A stretch of DNA of 64,000 bases from Dehalococcoidia bacterium (GTDB taxonomy: Bacteria > Chloroflexota > Dehalococcoidia > Plut-88900): the NCBI GenBank assembly GCA_965249275.1, contig CBDFLQ010000007.1, forward strand, positions 57,912-121,911. The letters run 5' to 3'. Position numbers and translations under genes: made by a program. The first letter of the stretch is position 1, and the number at the start of each line of letters is the position of its first letter. The notes under the pieces are model-generated. The model made no database searches, was not told the origin of the DNA, and worked only from the letters and a program-made list of their open reading frames with translations. Positions 17,593 through 27,693 of the stretch are shown piece after piece.

Positions 17593-19056
17593 TTATCCCG
17601 ATATCGAAAGCACGTGTTCGACGGCTGCTTCCAGCTGGACGTCCTTCTGGGCCGCGAGATCGGCCTCGGTGAAAGACACCAGGATGTCAGGTTCGATGCC
17701 GAACCCCTCGATTACGTCGCCGTCGGGGGTGAGCCAGCGGGCAAAGGTAACATTCAGCCCCGACCCGTCAGACAGGTTGTATAGGCGGGTGACGCTTCCC
17801 TTGCCGAAAGTGGGGAGCCCGATAAGCTGGGCCCGGCCCCGGTCCTGCAGTGCGCCCGCCAGCACCTCTGCGCCGCTGGCGCTGTGCGCGTCTACCAGGA
17901 CGGCAAGGGGCACGTCCAGGGCTGCGCCGCCGCCGTCAGCATTCCAGTCAGTCTTGCTTCCATTACCTTCCATCTCGATTAGCACCAGGCCGCCGTCCAG
18001 GAAGAGATCGGCAACCTGGACCGTCTCCCGCAGCAGCCCCCCCGGGTTCTGACGCACGTCCAGGATGATTCCCTTAGCTCCTTGGGACAGAGCTTCTTCC
18101 AAGAACGCCTCTGTCTCACCGGGGGTGCGGCGGGTAAACAGGTGGATCCTGATTCGGTATATGTCGTCGTCCAGGGATTCCATACTGACACTGTCGATTG
18201 GAATATTTCCGCGCACTATGACCACTCGCTCAGGGTCATGGTCCAGAAGGTGCTGGATCAGGAGCTCGACAGGCGTGCCTTCCGGCCCCCGGATGCGCAG
18301 TATCGACTCCCGCAGGGTGATGGAGTTCGCCTCGGTTCCGTCGATCTCCAGAATGATGTCGCCGGCCAGGATTCCGGCGGCCTCGGCGGGGGAGTTTTCC
18401 ATTGGGGATATGACTATTGGGTACCCCTCACTATTGGTGCCCACGTAGGCCCCTATCCCGTGGAACGAACCCTCCAGGTCCGACTGTTCCAACCTCAGGT
18501 CTTCCCGGGACAGGTAGGCTGTATACGGATCGGCCAGGGCCCCGACCATGCCACGGATGGCGGCGATGCTCAGGTCTTCCAGCCCCAAAGCGTTATCGGT
18601 GGGTTGAGTGTATGCGTATGCGAGGACTTCGTAGGCCTCCTCCAGCTCGTCTCCTCCCGGCACCGAGAAATAATTCTCCTCCAGTTCCAGGTCGTATTCC
18701 AGGGCCCGAGCCTCGGCTATGGAAAGGGACGTGTCTTCGGTAGCTTCCAGGATACCGAATATGGCCCCGTCGCTCAGCACGCGCGGGTCTATGTCGTCGA
18801 TTTCCACGTACTCCCGCTGGACTATGCGCCAAGCCTCATAGAGGGTGCGGGCTTCGTCTGGCAGGCTTATGGTGAGCGGCTCCTCATTGGGTTCCGCAGT
18901 AGCCGTGGATTGGGGGATGGCATCGGAGGTGGACTCATTGGGGGTCGAGTCCACGGGCGTTATATCCCCGCCCCCCCGGCATGCGAACACGAGGGCGATG
19001 ACGGAGATGAGAAGGATGACTGTAGCGAGCCGTTTAGAAATCGGCAAAATACTCAA
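17593..19056 (-). CDS. S41-family C-terminal processing peptidase with PDZ domain (lipoprotein-type signal)
   Basis: 487 aa. The PDZ motif is AGILAGDIILEIDG. Other motifs are GIILDVRQNPGGLL and LVDAHSASGAEVLAGALQD...FGKGSV. The N-terminus is ...LVFAC. Confidence 0.85.
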   Translation of the reverse strand: MSILPISKRLATVILLISVIALVFACRGGGDITPVDSTPNESTSDAIPQSTATAEPNEEPLTISLPDEARTLYEAWRIVQREYVEIDDIDPRVLSDGAIFGILEATEDTSLSIAEARALEYDLELEENYFSVPGGDELEEAYEVLAYAYTQPTDNALGLEDLSIAAIRGMVGALADPYTAYLSREDLRLEQSDLEGSFHGIGAYVGTNSEGYPIVISPMENSPAEAAGILAGDIILEIDGTEANSITLRESILRIRGPEGTPVELLIQHLLDHDPERVVIVRGNIPIDSVSMESLDDDIYRIRIHLFTRRTPGETEAFLEEALSQGAKGIILDVRQNPGGLLRETVQVADLFLDGGLVLIEMEGNGSKTDWNADGGGAALDVPLAVLVDAHSASGAEVLAGALQDRGRAQLIGLPTFGKGSVTRLYNLSDGSGLNVTFARWLTPDGDVIEGFGIEPDILVSFTEADLAAQKDVQLEAAVEHVLSISG

Positions 19057-19152
19057 ACCTCAGCATTGGGGCGTAAACAATTACATCTGGGTCCAAAGCC
19101 TAAGGAAATTTTATCATAGCCATAGGGCGCCTCCAATTCGGAATCGGAGACG

Positions 19153-19182
19153 TTGACACATCGGAAGGCGTGTCCATAGAAT
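19153..19182 (+). promoter_or_regulatory. Putative sigma70-type promoter
   Basis: TTGACA (19153-19158), an 18-nt spacer, then TAGAAT (19177-19182), about 50 nt upstream of the ORF at 19233. Confidence 0.35.
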
Positions 19183-19232
19183 CGTAGTCCCCGCGCCCCG
19201 GAACCCGAGTTGATCCCATTAGTGAGGCTGGT

Positions 19233-19934
19233 ATGGCGGTCGGAAGGCAAATTTACGAACTGCATCAGCTGGACGCTTCAATCCTCGATACGGACGCCGC
19301 CCTGGCTCTCGTCAACCGCAAATTGACGGACGATTCAGAGCTCCGGAAAGCCGAGGCAGTCCTTAGTCGAGCCCAGGAAAAGCTCGCGGGTGTGGAACGG
19401 CGTCAGCGTGAAGCAGAGGCCCTAATCAGCGACATCCAGGCGCGCCTCGGCCCTCTGGAGAAAAAGACCTACGACGGCTCAGTTGGCAATCCCCGCGAAC
19501 TCCAGAGTATGCAGCGCGAGGTGGAAAACCTCAAGAAGCGCCTTTCCGATGCTGAGGACAGCTTTCTCACTATTCTTGACGAGCACGATGCTGCATCAAA
19601 GGTTGCTGCTGAAAAAGAAGCCCAGCGTTCCGCCACCGAGAAAAAGAGGAAGACCGAGTTAAAAGACCTAGCCAACGAGAAGGACAAGCTTGAGTTCGAT
19701 CTTCTGGAGCTTTCCGAAAAGCGTGACGGCAGGGCCTCTGCGTTGGACACGGACCCGAAGAGACTGTACGAAACTCTTCGACAATCGCTGGGAGGGTTGG
19801 CCTTAGCGACCATTGGGCGCGGAATGTGCAACATTTGCCGCATATCCTTGCCAATGAACGTGGTCCAAAAAGCGAAGGCCGGCAGAGAACTGTCCCAATG
19901 CCCTACCTGCTCAAGGATCCTGTGGGTCGAGTAG
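19233..19934 (+). CDS. C4-type zinc-ribbon coiled-coil protein (COG1579/DUF164-like)
   Basis: 233 aa. A long coiled-coil is followed by C-terminal CNICRISLP...CPTCSRILW. Confidence 0.75.
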   Translation: MAVGRQIYELHQLDASILDTDAALALVNRKLTDDSELRKAEAVLSRAQEKLAGVERRQREAEALISDIQARLGPLEKKTYDGSVGNPRELQSMQREVENLKKRLSDAEDSFLTILDEHDAASKVAAEKEAQRSATEKKRKTELKDLANEKDKLEFDLLELSEKRDGRASALDTDPKRLYETLRQSLGGLALATIGRGMCNICRISLPMNVVQKAKAGRELSQCPTCSRILWVE

Positions 19935-19983
19935 TTCACGTCCACCCCATTTCCCCCGGCCTCACTTTGAAAGGAGTGACGGC

Positions 19984-20388
19984 GTGATGAGCAAAACTAT
20001 CATCCAGACTGACGGCGCTTCCCGCGGAAACCCGGGGCGCGCGTCCATCGGCGGCGTGATATGGGACTACGAAGGCCAGGTCATCGCCGAGGTCAGCAAG
20101 GCCATAGGCATCGCCACCAACAACGTGGCGGAGTACAGGGCACTGGTTGAGACACTGGCCAAGGCCCTGGAATTGGGTGTCGAGTTTGTCGACGTCCGTC
20201 TTGACTCAGAGCTGATAGTCAGGCAAGTCAACGGCAGTTACCGGACCAAGAAACCCAAGTTGAAAAAACTCCTCTCCCAGGTCCAGGGGCTACTGCAGTC
20301 ATTCGATGGGTACGTGATCCGGCACGTGCCTCGATGGGACAACCGCCACGCCGACTCCCTCGCCAACCGAGCCCTGAACGCTCGCTGA
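19984..20388 (+). CDS. RNase H (type 1) family protein
   Basis: 134 aa, reading IIQTDGASRGNPGRASIGGVIWD...NNVAEYRAL...DSELIVRQ...NRHADSLAN. An ATG at 19987 is an alternative start. Confidence 0.85.
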   Translation: MMSKTIIQTDGASRGNPGRASIGGVIWDYEGQVIAEVSKAIGIATNNVAEYRALVETLAKALELGVEFVDVRLDSELIVRQVNGSYRTKKPKLKKLLSQVQGLLQSFDGYVIRHVPRWDNRHADSLANRALNAR

Positions 20389-20431
20389 ATTTGACCTCCC
20401 CGTTAGGGTGGCATAGTCTTGAATGGGACTT

Positions 20432-20766
20432 GGAGACCGGGTGGCCGCCCGCCTCGGCGGGAGGAAAGTCCGAGCTCCACCGGGAAGGATGCTGGGTAAC
20501 TCCCAGGAGGGGAAACCCTACGGAAAGTGCCACAGAAACATACCGCCCGTCCATGGCGGGTAAGGGTGAAATGGCGAGGTAAGAGCTCACCAGTAGCCGG
20601 GAGACCGGCTAGCTGGGCAAACCCCATCCGGAGCAAGGCCAAATAGGAGGACAATGGGACCCGGCCCGTCCTCGGGTTGGCTGCTTGAGCCCGGCGGTAA
20701 CGCCGGGCCCAGATAGATGGCCACCGTCCGCCTCAGGCGGATACAGAACTCGGCTTATAGGTCTCC
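20432..20766 (+). ncRNA. rnpB: RNase P RNA, bacterial class A
   Basis: It contains GGAGGAAAGTCCGAGCTCCAC, GAAAGTGCCACAGAAA, GGGTAAGGGTGAAA, GTAAGAGCTCACCAG and ACAGAACTCGGCTTATAG. P1 is formed by GGAGACC (20432-20438) and GGTCTCC (20760-20766). Confidence 0.92.
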
Positions 20767-20778
20767 GCAGGTCTCGGT

Positions 20779-20816
20779 GGGGCGGCGACGCGTGCGTCGC
20801 CGCCCCATTCTTTCTT
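20779..20816 (+). terminator. Rho-independent terminator after rnpB
   Basis: GGGGCGGCGACG-CGTG-CGTCGCCGCCCC forms a perfect 12-bp stem and is followed by ATTCTTTCTT. Confidence 0.75.
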
Positions 20817-20881
20817 GAAGGCACGGCACGTCGACATATATACTGGGCTATCGCCCTCGTTTAGCCTTGCCGGAGGTACCT

Positions 20882-22852
20882 ATGACCACCTTGAAAAAGG
20901 CCCCCGAAGCCGCCGAGACTCGGTCCCAGACCGCCCATCCCCTCGATCCCCTCACCCCTGATGAAATAGTCCGCGCCGTGGAAATACTGAATCGGGACCA
21001 GGAAATTGGGACGCGTGTGAGGTACGAAACCGTCGTCCTCAACGAACCACCCAAGGATGACGTCCTGGCCTACGATGGGACGAAAGCGCTACCCCGTGAG
21101 GCTTTCATCTGCATCCTGGACAACGACTCCCGCCGCACCTACGAGGCCGTCGTCTCTCTCTCCGAGGACCGCGTGAAGTCCTGGAATCACATCCCCGGAG
21201 TCCAGCCCAAGATCATGCTGGACGAGTTCTACGAGTGCGAACAGGCAGTTAAGCAGGACCCGGCCTTCCGAGAGGCCCTCGCCCGACGGGGAATCACCGA
21301 TGTGGACCTCGTGATGGTTGATCCTTGGGCTGCAGGCAATTACGGGTATGAGGGCGACAACGGAATGCGGTTGTCCTACTCGCTCTGTTGGCTTCGCTCC
21401 AGCCCCAAGGACAATGGCTATGCCCGACCCATCGAGGGCGTCGTCCCGGTGGTCGACCTTAACGAGATGAAGGTACTGCGGGTTATCGACCACGGCGTTG
21501 TGCCCCTCCCTCCGACCGACGGCAACTACTCCCAGAATTTCATTCACGAGTTCCGGGAAGACCTTAAGCCCATAGAAATCACCCAGCCCGAGGGCCCCAG
21601 TTTCACGGTGGACGGGTGGCATGTTGCCTGGCAGAAGTGGGACATGCGTCTCGGGTTCACTCCCAGGGAGGGCCTGGTCCTCTATGACATCGCTTACACT
21701 GACCAAGGGCGTCGACGCCCGATTATCTACCGGACCTGTCTTTCCGAGATGGTTGTCCCCTACGGCGAGCCGAATTCGCCCCACTTCCGCAAGAACGCCT
21801 TCGACGCCGGAGAGTACGGCATCGGCAACCTGGCCAACTCCCTTACCCTGGGGTGTGACTGCTTGGGCGAGATTCGCTATTTCGACGCCGTGACAAATGA
21901 CACCCGGGGCGGCGTAATGGAAATACCCAACGCCATCTGCATGCACGAAGAGGACTTCGGGATACTCTGGAAGCACGTCGACTGGCGGACCGGAGAGACC
22001 GAGGTGCGGCGCTCCCGCCGATTGGTCGTCTCGTTCATCTCCACGGTCGGCAACTACGAATACGGGTTCTTCTGGTATTTCTACCAGGACGGCACGATCC
22101 AGTACGAGGTCAAACTTACCGGCGTGCTCAACAACGCTGCCGTGCCCCCGGGCCACGTGCCCGAGCACGGGACTTTGATTGCACCTCAACTCGCGGCCCA
22201 CATCCATCAACACTTCTTCAACGTCAGGATGGACATGGCGGTGGATGGGCAGAAGAACTCAGTCTACGAGGTCAACAGCTACGCCTGCCCTGCTGACGAA
22301 AACAACCCCCACCACAACGCCTTCTATGCAGAGAAGACCCAGCTGAAGACCGAGTCCGAAGCCCAGCGCAACATCGACCCATACTCGGCCAGGTATTGGC
22401 TTATAACCAACGAATCGGAGACTAACTACCTTGGGCAGAAGACCTCCTACAAGCTGATACCGGGAGAGAATGTGCTGCCCTTTGCCCACGACGACGCCTC
22501 GGTCATCAAAAGAGCGGGGTTCATGACCAAACACCTCTGGGTCACGCCCTACGATCCCGCGGAAATGGACGCCGCAGGCGACTACCCCAATCAGCATCCG
22601 GGTGGGGCCGGACTTCCGGCTTACACGAAGGCCAACCGGAGCCTCGACAACACCGATCTCGTGGTCTGGTACACATTCGGACACCACCACGTCCCTCGCC
22701 CCGAGGACTGGCCCGTCATGCCCGTGATGTACACAGGTTTCAGCCTGAAACCTGTCAGCTTCTTCGACCGGAACCCGGCCCTGGACGTGCCGCCTTCCAG
22801 CCACGGGAACGGCCATCACTGCGGCGGGCACAATGGCTCGTGCCACGCGTGA
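20882..22852 (+). CDS. Copper amine oxidase (topaquinone enzyme)
   Basis: The TPQ consensus is ...STVGNYEYGFFWYFYQDG... The enzyme is about 650 aa. ATG 20882 behind GGAGG is preferred over the track start at 20867. Confidence 0.88.
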   Translation: MTTLKKAPEAAETRSQTAHPLDPLTPDEIVRAVEILNRDQEIGTRVRYETVVLNEPPKDDVLAYDGTKALPREAFICILDNDSRRTYEAVVSLSEDRVKSWNHIPGVQPKIMLDEFYECEQAVKQDPAFREALARRGITDVDLVMVDPWAAGNYGYEGDNGMRLSYSLCWLRSSPKDNGYARPIEGVVPVVDLNEMKVLRVIDHGVVPLPPTDGNYSQNFIHEFREDLKPIEITQPEGPSFTVDGWHVAWQKWDMRLGFTPREGLVLYDIAYTDQGRRRPIIYRTCLSEMVVPYGEPNSPHFRKNAFDAGEYGIGNLANSLTLGCDCLGEIRYFDAVTNDTRGGVMEIPNAICMHEEDFGILWKHVDWRTGETEVRRSRRLVVSFISTVGNYEYGFFWYFYQDGTIQYEVKLTGVLNNAAVPPGHVPEHGTLIAPQLAAHIHQHFFNVRMDMAVDGQKNSVYEVNSYACPADENNPHHNAFYAEKTQLKTESEAQRNIDPYSARYWLITNESETNYLGQKTSYKLIPGENVLPFAHDDASVIKRAGFMTKHLWVTPYDPAEMDAAGDYPNQHPGGAGLPAYTKANRSLDNTDLVVWYTFGHHHVPRPEDWPVMPVMYTGFSLKPVSFFDRNPALDVPPSSHGNGHHCGGHNGSCHA

Positions 22853-22855
22853 CCC

Positions 22856-25198
22856 GTGGATGGTTTAAGCACAACCGAAATCGGAGCGGGGGACCTGAAG
22901 GCCGTACTGCCCGACCTGACTGGCACGCTCAACCTTTCCGGGTTGGATGGCCCTGTTACCGTCTACCGAGACCGGTCGGGCATACCGCACGTCCAGGCAT
23001 CCTCTCTGCACGACGCGTTCTTTGCCCAGGGATTCGTAACGGCTCAGGACCGGCTTTGGCACATGGACTGGGACCGTCGGCGAGCCTTGGGGAGATGGGC
23101 CGAAATAGCAGGGCCCGCGGGCGTCGAGCAGGACAAGCTGATGCGGAGATTTCGGCTCGGGGCAAGTGCAAAAGCCGACTTCGAAGTCGTGAGCCCGGAC
23201 ACGCAGGCCATGCTCGAAAGCTATGCCGGGGGCGTCAACGCATTCATTCAGACCGCCTCCGAGTTGCCCATCGAATACCGTATCATAGGCTCGGGCCCCG
23301 AGCCCTGGGAACCCTGGCACTCGATGGCGGTTTTCAAGGTGCGTCACATCCTGATGGGCTCCTTTGAGCGCAAGTTGTGGAACGCGCGGATGGTCCGCAG
23401 GCTCGGCTACCAGAAGGCACAGGAAGCGATACCCAAGTCCCGGCCCGGCGAGCTGCTTATCGTGCCGCCGGGAGGCGAATACTCAGGCCCTTCGGATAAG
23501 TCGCTGCCGGACTTCCTTGAAGGCGCGGAGTGGCCGGGGCTCCCTACAAGGGAAGAGGGTGGAAGTAATAACTGGGCGGTGCACGGGAGCCGGACTGCCT
23601 CCGGCGCACCTCTCCTCGCAGGGGACCCGCATCGGGGACTTGAGGCGCCCAGCGTCTACTACCAAAACCACATAGCGTGTGACGAGTTTGATGTTGTAGG
23701 GCTCTCGTTCCCCGGCGTGCCGGGGTTTCCGCACTTTGGACACAACGCTCACGTCGCCTGGTGCGTAACCCACGCCATGGCCGACTACCAGGACCTCTTC
23801 ATCGAGCGGTTCAAGAATGATGATCCCCGTTTCTTCGAGTTCAGGGGTGAGTGGGAACCCGCCGAGGTCTCGACCGAAGTTATACAAGTCGCAGGTGAGC
23901 CTTCGGAGCAATTCGAAATCATCTCCACGAGGCACGGTTCTATCGTGGCAGGAGACCCGGCCAAAGGGACGGCTTTGGCTCTCAAGTACACCGCCACTGC
24001 CGAACCCATCAAGGCCTTCGACTCGATAAGTCGGATGCTCGCTGCCACGTCGGTTGACGAGATGGATGAGTCGATGCGGGACTGGGTTGATCCAGCCAAC
24101 AACTTCGTCTGCGTAGATGTGCAAGGCGACATAAAGTACCTGACCCGGGGCCGACTCCCGATCAGGCCCAAGGCCAACGGATGGGTCCCTGTGCCCGGCT
24201 GGAGCGGCGACTACGAATGGACGGGCTACGTCCCCTTCGAGGAAATGCCAAGGTCTCGGAACCCCGAGACCGGTTTTATCGTCACCGCCAACAACCGCAT
24301 CACCGACGAGGACTATCCTTACTACATCGGCCTGGACTACGACGGCGAGCATCGAGCCAGGTGTATCTATCAGGCCCTCGAATCACTAGCCTCGGCTACG
24401 GTGGAAGACATGACCTCTGTGCACGCGCTGCGTACGTCGATACCGGCCCGGGAGCTGTGTGAGCTGCTGAACGATGTGGAGATGCGCACCGAAGCCGCCG
24501 TCGAGGCCAAACGCCTACTCCATTCATGGGACTGCCGGATGGACAGAGACCGTCCGGAACCAACTATCTTTAGCGCCTTTCATGATGCCCTCGCCGAGGC
24601 CTATTCCGCGTCCATCCTCGGGCCCCTGGCCGAAGAAATGGCCGGTGAGACGGGACGGGGAGCGCCGTCCTGGTACGGGCGCACAAAGTCGAGCCTGCAC
24701 GATAAGCTCAAGTCGGCATCCTCCTCCGGCGAGATGACTGAAGTTCACTCTCTTCTCGCTGGAGCCTTGGAAACAGCAGTTACTAAGCTGAAGGCTTGGC
24801 TCGGGGAGGAGATGTCCGATTGGACCTGGGGCCGAGTCCACAAAACGAGTCCCAAGCACGCCCTATCCGCTGCCTTTCCCAATCTGGCCCAGGAACTTAA
24901 TCCCCCGTCTGTGGGCACCCACGGAGACGGCTTCACGCCCTTGGCGGGCTCCTACTCGGCTGCGGAGCCATACATACTCACGTCGGCTTCGATGGCACGG
25001 TACGTCTTCGATGCGTCGGACTGGGAAAACTCTCGCTGGGTCGTGCCTCTGGGAGCGTCCGGGCATCCGGGAAGCCCTCACTACTCCGACCAGGCCGAGA
25101 CATGGGCCAACGTTGCTCTCCTACCCATGATCTACGACTGGGAAGCGGTCTCCCGTCAGTCCGAGACTCATCAGTCCCTGCTCCCGGCAACCGATTAA
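22856..25198 (+). CDS. Penicillin-acylase-family Ntn hydrolase
   Basis: 780 aa. It has GGSNNWAV at the autoprocessing/nucleophile site, followed by APLLAGDPH. It starts with GTG 3 nt after the oxidase stop. No obvious signal peptide. Confidence 0.85.
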   Translation: MDGLSTTEIGAGDLKAVLPDLTGTLNLSGLDGPVTVYRDRSGIPHVQASSLHDAFFAQGFVTAQDRLWHMDWDRRRALGRWAEIAGPAGVEQDKLMRRFRLGASAKADFEVVSPDTQAMLESYAGGVNAFIQTASELPIEYRIIGSGPEPWEPWHSMAVFKVRHILMGSFERKLWNARMVRRLGYQKAQEAIPKSRPGELLIVPPGGEYSGPSDKSLPDFLEGAEWPGLPTREEGGSNNWAVHGSRTASGAPLLAGDPHRGLEAPSVYYQNHIACDEFDVVGLSFPGVPGFPHFGHNAHVAWCVTHAMADYQDLFIERFKNDDPRFFEFRGEWEPAEVSTEVIQVAGEPSEQFEIISTRHGSIVAGDPAKGTALALKYTATAEPIKAFDSISRMLAATSVDEMDESMRDWVDPANNFVCVDVQGDIKYLTRGRLPIRPKANGWVPVPGWSGDYEWTGYVPFEEMPRSRNPETGFIVTANNRITDEDYPYYIGLDYDGEHRARCIYQALESLASATVEDMTSVHALRTSIPARELCELLNDVEMRTEAAVEAKRLLHSWDCRMDRDRPEPTIFSAFHDALAEAYSASILGPLAEEMAGETGRGAPSWYGRTKSSLHDKLKSASSSGEMTEVHSLLAGALETAVTKLKAWLGEEMSDWTWGRVHKTSPKHALSAAFPNLAQELNPPSVGTHGDGFTPLAGSYSAAEPYILTSASMARYVFDASDWENSRWVVPLGASGHPGSPHYSDQAETWANVALLPMIYDWEAVSRQSETHQSLLPATD

Positions 25199-25456
25199 AA
25201 GACCCACCTCGCGGGCTCAGGCGGTGTTCCTTCTTCCGGCTAAGAGGTTCTGTGCTTTGACCTGCAATATGAGTGCTCAGACGGCACTGGGATGCCTAAA
25301 TTGAACCCCAAGCCCTAAAAGAGCCCCCATTGTCTATTGACCGCAGGGCAAGACGTATGAGATGCTTTTAAGCGTGCTACGTGGGCTGTTGAGCGCGTTT
25401 AATATTAGAGCGTCGGAATGGCCCGCAACATTCTCATTCTAAGGTAGGGGAAACAA

Positions 25457-25600
25457 ATGCAAGGATATTGCGTAAAGTGTCGAGCCTCCCAGGAGATCAA
25501 AGACGCCGAGCAGATCACCATGAAGAATGGCCGGCCTGCCACCCGAGGCATCTGCCCGGTCTGCGGAACTAAGATGTTCCGCATCGGCAAGTCCAGTTAG
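25457..25600 (+). CDS. Small zinc-ribbon protein (DUF5679-like)
   Basis: 47 aa, below the ORF-track cutoff: MQGYCVKCRASQEIKDAEQITMKNGRPATRGICPVCGTKMFRIGKSS. It has two CxxC pairs, and AGGTAGGGG lies upstream. The track's 25405..25590 minus ORF is its antisense shadow. Confidence 0.7.
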   Translation: MQGYCVKCRASQEIKDAEQITMKNGRPATRGICPVCGTKMFRIGKSS

Positions 25601-25749
25601 CTAACGTCTCAGCCTCGGGCCTTCCGGCGCATAGTTGGCCCGAGGCAAAACCCGCTCCCGTATAACACCATCAGGTCTGGCGGCCTGTTTTTGATAAAGC
25701 GGGAGCGATATCTTATCTACCCATCTTCCAGTCAACGATAGCGCGCGCT

Positions 25750-27693
25750 TTAGCGTGCGTTGATCTTTGTTGCCACTGGGAAGTGGTCAGATGCTTGACT
25801 CCGGGTGGATGAGTATTTCGTTGACTCCAGGTCTGGGCTAGTCCATACGTAGTCGATGCGCTGGTGTGGCCCGTCCGATGGGGAAGTGAACCCCTCGCCT
25901 TGGGTCCCTGAGTCGACGAAGGAGTCCAGAAGCCCGGCTTCCTCCAGCATGGTAATTTCCGGGTCTCCCGGCCCGCCGTTGAGATCGCCCAGGAATACGG
26001 TTCGAGATAACCCATCCCACCTTTTGAGTATCGCCTCCGACTGGGGTATTCGATGCTCCCCCTCGTCCCGGCCCGCGTGGAAGTGCGTGGCAATGACTCT
26101 CAGCGGCTCCTCATCCCCGATGTCTATTTCCACCCAGAGGAACCCTCTGTCCAGGGACAGGTCGTCGTTGTTGGGCATCTCGTGGTTTTCCGAAAGGACG
26201 ATAGGATAACGGCTGAACACCGCGTTGCCCCATACGGAATCGGCGGCAGATCCCCAAGCGTAGTCCATGTCGAGACGCTGGGACAGCCATGTCAGGATGT
26301 CGACGGACCCGTCTACCAGCCAGCCCCGAGACACCTCCTGAAGGGCAACGATGTCGGGGTTCTCAGCCTCGATAACCCGGGCTATCTCCTCCAGCTCGAA
26401 TCCGCCTTCAGTGCCGAATCCCTGGTGTATGTTGTAGGCCATCACCCTGACGGGCAGCCCGTCCCCAGTCTTGACCTCCGGCTCTGACCAGGTAATGGTC
26501 AGGATTAAGGGAGACAGCATAAGCAGGGCTGCCACCCGTCCTGCCCATATGAAAGGCGCCCGGGGCCGCTCCACCGACTTCCCCCAAGTCCCCACCCAGA
26601 CAGTTACGCCGATTAGTACAACTGCCCCGATAATGATCGCCCGCTGAGGCACCCCGACGCTAATGTCGTAGGCGGCGTAGTAGAGAAAGACTGCTCCGAG
26701 AAAGATCAGCATTCCCACGCCCGAGAAGAGCGTGACCGACGTAAACCTCCTCCCTTCAAGCTCGGGGCCATTCCGGGACGCGAGGGACGCCAGCAACAAT
26801 ACCAGCATTAGATGCCCGATAGGCATGACGATCGCGGCAAGGGCCCCGGACTGTTCCGCCAGCAAACCGACTATTAACAGGACAGTCGCGGCCGGAACCA
26901 GGACGAGGACCAAGGGTCGGCGCAAACCCATGACGATGGCTGCCAAGGCGAGGCCCACCAGGTTGGACGCCACAATCAACGCCAGCACCCCGGGTTGGTC
27001 CCACCCGATTAGCGCCGTCTGCTGCCCGATGTTCTGGAAATAGAGCATCTCCAGGAAGAGGAACGGCCCAAGAGCCAACAGGAGCAAGGAGCCCCGATAG
27101 CTTGGTGGCTGCGCTTCCTGGCCTCGGCTGCGGATTGAGATGATCTTTGCCGATCCTGTCAGCCCTCCGGCCAGAAGTACCGCTATAACGTCGGCGCCCA
27201 CATTGTTCTGCCATGAGAGATCGACAGTGCCGAATCCACCCTTGATTGCCGTGTCCAGGGCCACGCCGACCAACAGCCCCAGCAACCACGTTCCACCATC
27301 AATTCTCTTGCCGTTGGATACGAGCGAAGCACTGGCCGGTATAGCCCACAGGAACAGGACCGCACCCCCAATCGACAACGCGAAGTCGACGACCGCTACG
27401 TCTACGAACTGGATGATGATCCGAGCTGCCCATAGTCCCACGGCGCTCAACTGCAGCAATCCCCCGGGGCCCATGCCTCGAGCCAAGACGGGCGCCAGGA
27501 ACATCATCAGAAAGCAGAGAAAGGCCACTCCCCCAACCCCGACCGTCGAGACTTCCCTCGCCTCCCGCATGTAGAAAAGCAGGCTGGACATGAACAGCCG
27601 CAGCATCTCGATGCCAACAGCAAAGAGGAGTGTGATGAAGATGAAATGCCAGATGCTGGATCGGGCGCCGGTGTTCTTTGATCCGGTGGTCAT
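25750..27693 (-). CDS. Polytopic membrane protein fused to C-terminal endonuclease/exonuclease/phosphatase (EEP) domain
   Basis: 647 aa. About 10 TM helices are followed by LPVRVMAYNIHQGFG...IVALQEV...SDHFPV, which are typical EEP motifs. Confidence 0.8.
   Translation of the reverse strand: MTTGSKNTGARSSIWHFIFITLLFAVGIEMLRLFMSSLLFYMREAREVSTVGVGGVAFLCFLMMFLAPVLARGMGPGGLLQLSAVGLWAARIIIQFVDVAVVDFALSIGGAVLFLWAIPASASLVSNGKRIDGGTWLLGLLVGVALDTAIKGGFGTVDLSWQNNVGADVIAVLLAGGLTGSAKIISIRSRGQEAQPPSYRGSLLLLALGPFLFLEMLYFQNIGQQTALIGWDQPGVLALIVASNLVGLALAAIVMGLRRPLVLVLVPAATVLLIVGLLAEQSGALAAIVMPIGHLMLVLLLASLASRNGPELEGRRFTSVTLFSGVGMLIFLGAVFLYYAAYDISVGVPQRAIIIGAVVLIGVTVWVGTWGKSVERPRAPFIWAGRVAALLMLSPLILTITWSEPEVKTGDGLPVRVMAYNIHQGFGTEGGFELEEIARVIEAENPDIVALQEVSRGWLVDGSVDILTWLSQRLDMDYAWGSAADSVWGNAVFSRYPIVLSENHEMPNNDDLSLDRGFLWVEIDIGDEEPLRVIATHFHAGRDEGEHRIPQSEAILKRWDGLSRTVFLGDLNGGPGDPEITMLEEAGLLDSFVDSGTQGEGFTSPSDGPHQRIDYVWTSPDLESTKYSSTRSQASDHFPVATKINAR

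Noticed and set aside
25612-25646. GCCTCGGGCC-N15-GGCCCGAGGC hairpin after the small zinc-ribbon gene, considered as an intrinsic terminator.
   Set aside because: It has a large 15-nt loop and no U-tract on the plus strand (AAAA follows), so I do not call it a terminator.
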